Positions 53,467 to 63,966 of a stretch of 64,000 nucleotides of DNA are shown here, in pieces. A model generated the notes under the pieces. It made no database searches. It was not told the origin of the DNA and saw only the letters and a program-made list of their open reading frames with translations. This DNA comes from Dimorphilus gyrociliatus (taxonomy: Eukaryota > Animalia > Annelida). The stretch's first letter is position 1; the number at the start of each line of letters is the position of its first letter. A program made the position numbers and the translations under genes. Location of the stretch: the NCBI GenBank assembly GCA_904063045.1, contig CAJFCJ010000003.1, forward strand, positions 1,054,001-1,118,000, read 5' to 3'.

Positions 53467-56400
53467 ATAGAGCTCTCTTAATCTATATAGACACTTTTTT
53501 AAAATGTCAAAAAGATAATTGTTTATTTGTTTGTTTGTTTTTTCTCTTTTTTTACTTCTTCTTTTACAAATTTTTTGTTTATTCATGGAATTGTTAATAG
53601 AAATTTTGTATAGTACCATTGGAATACTCAGAAAATGTTCTCATTTCTTTTCATGCTTTTCTTTTATTTTTACAGGCAAAAAATTAAAAGAAAAACTAAT
53701 TTAAATAAAGCAAAATTGTATTTATAAGATATTTAACTGCTTAGGAAAGAACTTTAGGCCTAGGAGGAAAAAAAACCCACCGTAGAGCCATTAAGCTTAA
53801 AGGTCAAACTCTTCTTCAGTATAATCTTTTAGATTACTTCCTCCTTATTATATAACTAGACTATTTACCGAAATGTTCCAGCATTTCCGCTATATACTGA
53901 ATTTGTGGAAGCGGTGGTGATAGTTTCGAAGATGTGACAGAGGGAGGAGGGGGGATGAAAGGAACGAAAGGATAAAGTATTAAATTTTTTGGAATAAATT
54001 ACCCCTATTCTTCCAACTATATTTTAACTATTCTGAATGGTTGACGAGCAATATATAGGTAATAACAAAGGTGAAGAAGCGTTTTGAATTTCATAAAGGT
54101 TCTCCCCTCGATTTGTAAGTTGTAAAAAAAAATGTAAATTGAGGTACCAATGAAATAATCGTTTTCTACTTGAAATTTTTTTTACAGCCTTTAACAACAC
54201 TTTAAAAATCGTTATTAAGCGCTTTTATAGATAAACGGAAGACGTACAGCGGTTATAATGAGCGAAAAGTTGTATAAAGCGTTAAAAGAAAAGGTTAAGA
54301 GAGAGGCGTTACTATGGACCCTTTTTTCTTCTTTTATTATTGTAGTATGTCCATTCCACCTCTTCCTCTGTTAACTTATCCCTAAATAAAACCGAGATAG
54401 CTTTTACATGTCAAGGGATGTAAGCGTTTAAATCGCACTCTATTATCATATAGGCTGTTATCCTATATACGAACTGTAGGGTTAATTCCATATAGTCTGT
54501 ACAGTATACGGTAGTTCTGTTTAAATACTTCACTTCTAATAGGGAATCCTTTAACTTCTAGTATCGTACAGTCGACTATGAGATTTGTAAACACTTGGCG
54601 AAAGAATAATGATCACGCAAAGCCGCACGCAGTCCGATATTCGATACTAATTAGTAGATAAAAGGCCGATAACGAACGCTTTTTCTCCGCGGCACGAGAT
54701 GAACAGATGTTGTACCCTTTTTTTTAAATACATATAATTCTAGAAGGTTTTTTTAATTGTTGGGTCTGCTTACTAAATTCTTTATTAGCTCAACAAAGCA
54801 GCCTATCTCTTTGTATCGTATCTCGTCAATTATCGCCCTAGATTCTTATCCTGAGAGCCATTTCTTCATCTCTTCTTTCCCATTATCCACACCCATCTTA
54901 CCCACCCCTTTACCCCCCATATCCTCGCTCCTGTTCCACACCTCACTTATAACTGCCAATTGCTCAGTATTTAGCCGTTTGGCGTGACTGTTATCAGAAA
55001 CTTTCCGGTTTTAGCGAAAATGTCCGTAATCTTTCTCGTTGATAATTGATTATATTGCGCAATTTAAACGCCTCAACGCCTCAGTTTATGACAAGTGAAT
55101 GATTTGAGGAAACGCAAAAAGGTGAGAATAAAGGGGCTCGACCCCAGGCGCAATACCAGACTCATGCCTTTCATCGACGACAGCGACACCTATACAGCAG
55201 TCTATACCGTTTATATATTCGTTAACAAAAGTTTAGGATATAATAAAAAAAAGAGGGCTAAAAAATATTCTAATTACCGCTATGCGCCTCTATATTTTGA
55301 GTAGATAATAGAAAATAAGAGTGGGATTAGCATCATTTTATCAACGTTATTAAACAGACGCCAGGCGTCTTTATGTCAGAAAGTAACGTTTGTTGTCTTT
55401 AACAGATTTGACATTTTGTTTTTATTCTTTTTTTATCTTCCTAATCGCTAACAGTGAAACATACGGCGAAACATATGGAGATAAAATTACACTGGAAAAA
55501 GATAAGCATTACGTATAGAAATTCTCTTAATATACTTGTTACAAAGGGGAGGAGTAATTATTTAATTAGAATTTCTAATGAATATTCAACAGCCAAACAT
55601 CTATATTTAAAGTAAATATAGATAAAAATAGAAATTTATACACAAATATTATTAGAGTCCCTTTTTTTGTATATTTATAAGGCATTTGTTGATAAGGAAA
55701 GAGTCCGCCCGGAACTGACGCGTATCTAATTACCGTTAAAAGAAAAGAGGGAAAAACTACAGCTGGTAAACGTGCAATTAAACTACATCGCCCATTAACC
55801 TTTTCTGAACCTTACGTGACTTTAGTTTTTAAGGGAGAACAAACAGTTAGTTGGAGAAACGTAGGCCGATATAACCCAAGGGAAATCTTTCTTAGCGTCC
55901 CAAGGAGATTTTCTTTTACCGCGATAAATCTTCGTGAAATCTCTATACTATATAAATATGGAGACGTTTATAAAAAAACGCTCACATATCTCCTCAACTT
56001 GTTTTTTTAGTTGCGGATGAGAGGATTTTCAAGTTGGTAGAGCCTAAGACGTTTAGGCATGACACTCGAATAGCGCGTGCGACCCCGTTCGACCTTGGCC
56101 TCTTAACAATATTAAACTTTTTTCCCCTCACCTTCCCTCCCTCCCTCCCTCCCTCCCTCCCCCCTCTCAGTCCCTTGCTATTCTTTAGCCCATTTCTTCA
56201 CTATAATCCTGTGTATACTAATCTATCATAATTTTATGAAGCATGTCCTTCCACTTGAACCCTTTCTATGTAAAAGATTATCCTAAAAAAAGAGAATTGA
56301 TAATTTCTATCTAGCAAGTAGCTTATAATATCTATATAGAAAGATTCTTGAATTATTAAACATACGCTTAACAATCTCTTTAGTGTGAAATCATCCATAT

Positions 56401-57877
56401 AGTTCTTTTCAACGAACTTGTCAGAAGAATAAAGAAAAAAGACCGAAAATCTTCACTTTGTAGTTCCTTAACGTATAATTTATTATGTAATTGTCTACTA
56501 CTCTCCCTTTTAAACTCTTTCTCTCTTTTTTCACCTTTAAATAAGAAATACCTTCCCTTTTATGTAATTTACGACTGTATCAATTTTTGTAAAAGTTAGC
56601 CATGTGCTATTCATGAAAGATTAAATAGTGTATACTATATATATACCATTATATTTATTATATACTATACTGTAGATATACTGTATATAGTATATATTCC
56701 ATAATATGTGGGTACTAAAGCGTGTTTACTAATAGAAGGTAGAGAAAAAATCGTATGGATTAACTATTATAGTAGATGTAAACCCTTTTATACAAGTGGC
56801 ACGCTAACTTAACAACCCTTGAGAATGAAATCACCCATATTTTTAAGTCCATTCAACGTAGAGAGAGACGTGTATAACGATAAAGAACTTGAACGAATAG
56901 AATGAAACGAACATATGTACGAAAGTGTACTGAATGTATTTTAAACGTATTTTTGGTATATTGAAAGAGAAGGGAAAAAAAGAGAGAGAACACAGAAAGG
57001 TTAAAACTTATACAATAAATAAAAAACAGTATTTAAACTAATACGGTATCTGTAGATCGTCACACAAACACCTGACTTCTTTTTATAATTTAAATCCCCT
57101 TCAGCACATTTTTGACTGTAAATTAATAGAACAGATGCAGCAATAGGGCATTTTTTCCCCTGTTTTTTTTTACTTTTACTCAGTTATTCAACATTTTCTA
57201 TCTATACTTCTCATTCTCTCTTTTATTCCCCTTTCTGTCTCTACATATTCTATATTTCTCTTTCTCAGTTTTTTTTTTAATTCTAAAAACTAGCCCCCTA
57301 AGGCGGGGTATGAAGTGCGAGAAAAATCGTTTAAAAGCGCTAGATCGAGCAGATACGTCGCACTCTTCCAGGGCTTTTTTTTTTAGTTGAGCCGATAGAG
57401 AAACCTCCCACTTCCGTTTTCAATATTTTAAAAGATTTTAAGTGAAAGTACTGAGAGAAAAAGTACACATTTAATTTCCTTGACGATATGTATTCAAATC
57501 TATACTAACAATCCTTTTCCTGCCTTTACTTTTCCTCTATAATTGCGAAATCGTAGAGACATCTAGCGGCTGTAACATTTTTTAAATATTATTCTCTTGT
57601 TGCGAGTAGTAAAATACTGATAAGAAATTGATAAGAAAGTAGATTTAGAGTAATAAGTAATAAGTATGCGGCTCTCGTTAGATGTTAAAAGATAAGAAAA
57701 TATGCAGTCTATCTTGTTTATAATCTAGCGTATAGAGGTTAAAAATTTGCCCCAACAGAGCTTTTAAGTATTATTTAGTCATAGTTTATTAAAAACAAAG
57801 TGTTATTTACAATACTAAGTATATGCATACACATATATACAGATAATACGTTTATCAACAACCATATCCTCTAGATA

Positions 57878-57880
<3 letters not shown>

Positions 57881-57914
<34 letters not shown>
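57881..57914. repeat. (TA)n microsatellite
   Basis: Read directly from the sequence. Confidence 0.85.
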
Positions 57915-57918
<4 letters not shown>

Positions 57919-58193
57919 GCAAGGATACAGAATCTTTGAACTACATTACCTTTACATGAAAGGAAACTAGCTATAATTATCTGCATGTAATAGTATGTAA
58001 CATTGCATTGACATTCATTTTCTATAACAAATAAAGTACAAATTATTGCGAGTTAAAAAAGAAGTTAAAACAATATTTTTTTTTAAATTTTCTTCAACTT
58101 AGGCTTTACAGTTCTTTAAATAAACCATTTCACTCAACCAGTCTTGTAAAACAAACAGGTATATATATATATATATATACTTAAGCTTTCAAG

Positions 58194-61100
58194 TTATACA
58201 ATATTTCTATGATTCGTACTGTCGAAATTTTCTGTTTGAATAGCATTTTGGCGCCTTCTTCGCCTCCGCCTCCGCCTTCTTCGATCTGATTCAACTAATG
58301 CCTCAGTCATTTCATCCCCCCGATCATTTGAACCACCAACGGCTCCTTCATTCTCATCAGCCCCTATTTCTGTATAGTTTGATCGAGACTGATATATCTG
58401 ATGAACACGCGCCTGGTCTTGAGGGTAGGAATGTGGAATAGCTCCTGTAATATTTCTCTCTTCATCTGCAGGATCGGAATCATGACTGGGGCTTTGAGGG
58501 GAGTTATTTCTGAAGCGTTCTCTTAATCTTTCCCAAATTCCAACTGAAAAGAAATATTTCTCATTTGTATCTTGATAGTAACAGAGCAAGTATCAAGTTT
58601 ATCTTAATGGTAGCTCCCTCTTAAGGGTATTTTGTTCATTAAATGAGTAGCTAAAATTATTGCATGTCCATTGGGGAGAAAGTTAAAAAGGTTCTTAAAT
58701 AGTTTAATTTAGGGTTGAACCTATGCTTATAAGCTATTTTTTTATCTTGATTTGTTTCATTATAAATATTACCACCTCCGGATGTTGATCCGTATTGAAT
58801 ATTACTGTTAGCAAGCAACGGGTCATTTTCACTACCACCACCGTTATTGGGTACGATCTCATTTTCCTCATCCGAATCGTCAGAATCGTTACCGTAATCC
58901 TCTTCTTCGGAAGGATCATTTTTAAGTACTCTCTTTTTACAAATTGGACATTCTCGTCGTCGGGTTTTCAGCCAAGGATCAATACATTTGAGATGAAAAG
59001 CTGTTTTATAAAAAATATATAATCAAAAGATGAATATAGGTTAAGCATTTTGTTCAAACTCGAATTACACGAAGTAAACAATAGTTAAAGCCGTTATTTA
59101 ATCTATTTCGAAGAAAAATTCAACATATGGTTTAAAAACAAAAAGAGAAAATTTGATATTAGTTATAAAATAACGATTATTACCATTACCGTAAAAAATT
59201 TTCCCTTGGGTTATTCTTACCCCAACTATCTTAAAATTTATTTATTTATAATTTAGCCTAAGTCTATTTCTTAGGCAAGATAAAAAAGTTATCAAAATAG
59301 TTTATATTGATAAAAATATTTACGAAAAAAATCTATTTCTATAATAGAAATACAATCTTTTCGTATAAATTCTTACCGTGTTCGCAAGGTAGAATCCTTA
59401 CTTTATCTCCTTCGTTAAAATCATCAAGGCAAATTGTACACGTTTCATATTTATCACCTAAAAATATTCATTTTCTTTTAGAAAAACTTTATACAAAGAA
59501 TGAAAAGAAAGAGCAAACCTTGTAAAAATTTCTTAGTAGGCAGCTTATCAATTCTAGCTCTTAACCTCCTTTCAGTGCTCGTTCTCCTACATCCCCTGAC
59601 TTTTCTAACAACCTAAAAATATATCAAACAGTTGTTTAAAATTTCAATTTAAATAATTTGACAAACAATTAATAGAATAATTAAAATATAAGCCACAAAT
59701 TTGTATAATAAATCAGGAAGAAAGACTAAACATAAGAATAGGTTTAAAAGGTAAATGAAGCGTTTTGTGTTTGAAATGAATTCTTTTTATATAGTAGAAA
59801 TAAAAGAGAAAAAAAAATATTGTCGAATAACTAAAATCTATGTGCAAATATATATAAAACATATATATACAGTATATATATATATATATATGGATATATT
59901 TAGAGTATATATGTTTTCATATATAAAATTATTAATATAAAAAAACACTGCAGTGTCACTTACATAATCAGCGCATGATGACGGCCATATCTAATTAAAT
60001 ATGGATAATCATAATGTTTAGTTTAAATAAAGTGGGATAAAAGGATAAAAAACAATCTGTATATATTAGCTAAAAAAATAAATAAATGTAATAGAATATG
60101 TATGCTAATTAGCATTCTAATTAAAGTGTATATACTGTATACATATTTAAATATTAAAATTAATTTCTCTGTAGCTTTCTTTATCATTTCTATATAAAAT
60201 TTCGAAGGGCAGAAACGTTTAAAATCATTTTAATAATTAAAAAGATAAAGAAAATATGTTTGCCTAATAATTAGCCGTCTTTCTGTAAAAAAATTAACAT
60301 AATAGTTTATATACTGCATATTAATAATATACTGTATATCTATATACTATATATATATATATACAGTATATATATATATATATATATAAAGCAATAATAA
60401 ATAAGTGACAAAGCTCGTTTTACTTCAGAGGAGAAAAATTAGAATTTAAGTTTAGAAAGCTTATTTTCTATTGCACTAGAGATAACTGACAATATACACA
60501 GAATATATTTAGATATATACTACTGTACATTTCATTTATGTCTTAGTCAACTAATATCTATGATTTTATACAAATTTCAAAATATAGTGTAACCTTTTAA
60601 ACTTACCAGAAATAGGCATAATCCAAAAAAAGCACACGATATAACAATTGCAAACGGCCATAGGTAAAGGAGAATATTAAAACTACTCCTTTCGTCTATA
60701 TACAGATGGTATCTGTTGTGAAAATGGATTTTTAGCATTATTTTTATTTTCTGTTATCAAGAGTATTTTATCAATCTCGAAAGTAGATTAAAATAAATAA
60801 GGAATACCGAAATACGATAATCTATTTGTTAAAAATAAGAAAGAAAGAAGGGAAGGGACTGATGTAAAACATTAAAAGGAGAATTCGTCTTAAATGTTCT
60901 AGCAAAACAAGTTATTTATAGGTTAGTAAAATTACCAAGACTTTACCTTGATGTATTGAGATAATTTAGAACGATATCTCTGTAACTATCAAATCCAATC
61001 AATAACGAAGGTATCCTAATCCTATTGGAATCTGTTAAAGAATGTTGTCAAGTTACAAACAGATATGCTAACAATAAAAATAAATAAACCTACAGTTCCC

Positions 61101-61820
61101 TCCTGTCATTGTAATTAATGTATTTGAATCTAAATTTGCAACTATAACTCCAGAATATCCGGCAATTTGAGCATTTAAAACCTTAAATAAATAATAAATA
61201 ATATAAATAAATAGCACAGGCCATTGATCTTATTTACTTACTTTTTCACCAAAATCACAAGTTTTCTTATGTTTCAAAGATCTTTCAATAATGACAAAGT
61301 ATTTTTTACCTTTGGGAGATTTTTCTAATTTGCTACAGCCATCCTTTGGTTTGGCTATTTCGTAGAAAGCCTTTTGTTTTCAAATAACAAAAACAACAAT
61401 TAACGAACATATATTTAAATAAAATTTTAATTATAATATATCGTACTTACGCTAACACCTTTTTTAATAGATGGACCAAAATCTGCTGGTTGATCTTCAT
61501 AAGTTGCAACTCTTGAATCTGTTTTATTGTCCATCTAAATGGATATAAAATTATAGTATATTGGAAAATTGCTTTGTGTTCATGAATCATTTATACGAAC
61601 GATGTTGACATCTCCATGGACCAGGCTTATATTAAACATGGCAAATAAATTTAGAACAGTAAAAATGTACAATGCAGTAATATGGGACGGTATTGGAACT
61701 GTACTAAAAGTCTGAAAAAAATGAATATATTTTAATGATTACTAGTTATATAGGAAAATTAAGAAATAATCAATTAAAAATAGTCATGGATTACTTATCT
61801 CTTTACTATAAACTTACCAT
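58194..61820 (-). CDS. RNF13: RNF13/RNF167-like PA-TM-RING-H2 E3 ubiquitin ligase, ~452 aa
   Basis: Minus-strand exons: 61820-61818 (ATG only), 61711-61601, 61534-61451, 61370-61242, 61181-61094, 61031-60947, 60712-60607, 59612-59519, 59457-59377, 59000-58773, 58543-58194 (1359 nt, all GT-AG, phases consistent). Signal MTFSTVPIPSHITALYIFTVLNLFAMFNISLVHG; PA domain [111 protein letters not shown]; acidic tail with ENDPLL dileucine. Most of the gene is absent from the ORF track. Confidence 0.92.
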
Positions 61821-62185
61821 ATTGACAGAAGCAATTAAAAATATTCTTAAAATCCTTAATTAATTATAAACAATTTTAAGGTAAAAACCAGGCTTAAAAT
61901 CTCATTGTACATCTACTCCCATTTTCCTTATTTCAACATGGAAGCCTATAAACACGTGACCAACATTCAGCACTTAAATATAAAATATGAAAAGATGTAA
62001 TATTTGAAAAATCTCAAAATTATTTTCAATCATTTTAGCTATTTTAAAACACTTCTAAAGAATTATTTTTAAAGTTTTGTATTGTCCATGATCGAAAAAT
62101 TGTCACCACAAAATTAAATTTCATTGGTAACCAGTCTATTGATACTTAGAGGCTCTTGTTTCCTGTTCCGGTCGTCGTGTACAAA
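61821..62185. promoter_or_regulatory. Compact bidirectional promoter / 5' UTRs shared by RNF13-like and TMED-like genes
   Basis: Only 365 nt separate the two divergent start codons; contains CACGTGAC at 61953-61960. Confidence 0.7.
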
Positions 62186-63966
62186 ATGCCCGTAAAGATA
62201 TCTCTAGTTCTTCTATATTCTATGTTATACAGCTGTTCGGCTTTATATTTTCATATAGCCGAAACAGAGAAAAAATGTTTTATCGAGGAAGTTCCTGATG
62301 AAACTATGATTGTCGGTAAGATTGTTAAGATTTCTATTAGATCTTTCGATCTCCAAATACGGCTTCCTTAAACATCACGTTCTTAAGGAATCTTTGCGAA
62401 TTTTTATAATCTATGCCTTAATACTATGAGAGTCAATACAAGATTGACCCTTTTCCCTCCAAAATATCATTTGACAAACAAGTAAAATTTGCGCCATCTG
62501 CATTTATATGAGAAGAAATTCAACGTGGATCAACAGATGACACAAGCATATGTTTTTACTTGACTATTCATATAATAATAACACTATTTCAGGTAAATAT
62601 CGTGTTGAAATGTTTGATAAAAACCGTAATACATACGTGGAAACCGTTAGTGGACTGGGGATGCACGTTGTCATAACAGATCCCGAGCAGAAAGTTGTCC
62701 TATCAAAAGTAAATGTTTTTTCATTTTTTCTTATTTATTAACAGGCAAATACAAAGTTCTAAGATTCGATAAGAACATAAACGATTTCGTTACAACAACA
62801 ACTGGATTAGGAATGCACGTCGAAATCAAAGATCCTTCCGAATCAGTTGTATTGTCAAGGGTAAGGGAGAGGAATAAGTTGTAGAAAATATTTATATTCC
62901 CTCCTTCTCTATCCGTAGCCTAGATTGATGGGTTGTGCAGAATTTTTTATTTATATTATTTATGGTTCGGTGTGGGTTACTTTGCATTCCTTTTTCCCGT
63001 ACAACGAATGTTAACGAATATCTTAGAGACCATAAGATATTTCAACAGATATTTTGCGTGTAGCAGGTTTTCAGTTGTTTTGAAAAACGAAAGTGTTCGT
63101 TTCATAAAAGATAGAAATTCTACATCGCCAATTTTTTTAATGATTTGCATTTATCACGATAAATAGAATATTTTAGTTAAAAAATGTAAATTTACAATAT
63201 AATGTTAAAATGTAGAAAGAGGGTGTACAGAGAAGAAAACCTTTATATGATAAGATTTATTGCACAGTTATAGTTAGTTTTTTAAACTTGCATGACCAAT
63301 TAGGAAATATTTATTTCTTTTATTTTAATTTCTTTGTAAATTAGCAACAGTTTAAAATAGTAAACAAACTATTAAATTATATTATAGCTTGTTTATTTTA
63401 ATTTACATTCAGTACGATAATTTAAAAAAAAGAAGAATAAATAAACCAGCATATTCCCTGTTTTTATTTGGTTTTGAGGAAAATTTATTCAAACTATTTT
63501 TAATCGAATGATGCAATTAGACATGTTTTACAAAATTTTTATATATCAATTTTTATCTCTTTAGACATACGCTTCCGAAGGCCGATTTACATTTACATCA
63601 CATTCGGCTGGAGAGCATACAATTTGCCTTCATAGTAATTCAACTGCTTGGTTTGGCGGTGGTCAACTACGTGTTCATTTGGATATTGAAATTGGCGAAC
63701 ATGCCAACGATTATCAACAAATTGCAGCTAAAGATAAACTAAGTGATTTAGAAACAAGAATTAGACAACTTTTGGATCAAGTAGAGCAAATAACTAAGGA
63801 GCAGAATTATCAACGTTATAGAGAAGAAAGATTTAGGCAAACTTCGGAATCAACTAATCAACGGGTTTTGTGGTGGTCCATTGCTCAAACTGTTATATTG
63901 TTGGGAACTGGATTTTGGCAAATGAGACATTTGAAAGGTTTCTTCGAAGCAAAAAAATTGGTGTGA
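62186..63966 (+). CDS. TMED9: p24-alpha family cargo receptor (TMED4/TMED9, eclair-like), 215 aa; exons 62186-62315, [62593-62708 or 62745-62860], 63565-63966
   Basis: Signal peptide, then [25 protein letters not shown] (GOLD start), [32 protein letters not shown], coiled coil, [22 protein letters not shown], and C-terminal FFEAKKLV* (FF plus KKxx). Cannot be assigned to TMED4 versus TMED9. Confidence 0.95.
62593..62708 (+). CDS. TMED duplicated exon 2a ([39 protein letters not shown])
   Basis: tatttcag| ... |gtaaat, 116 nt, phase 1/0. Confidence 0.9.
62745..62860 (+). CDS. TMED duplicated exon 2b ([39 protein letters not shown])
   Basis: ttattaacag| ... |gtaagg, 116 nt, phase 1/0. Not in the ORF track. 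Confidence 0.9.

Noticed and set aside
56020-56104. tRNA-like segment (A-box-like aagttggtagagc, B-box-like gttcgacc, agagg/cctct ends)
   Set aside because: The T-stem and anticodon stem do not pair properly. tRNAscan-SE would be decisive; at most a decayed tRNA or SINE relic.
1518-59940. Most 60-125 aa ORF-track entries outside the called genes (YI-, SL-, ER-, F/L-rich, or antisense to real exons)
   Set aside because: Produced by (TA)n, (CT)n, (GA)n or poly-T tracts, or shadows of coding exons; no splice or motif support.
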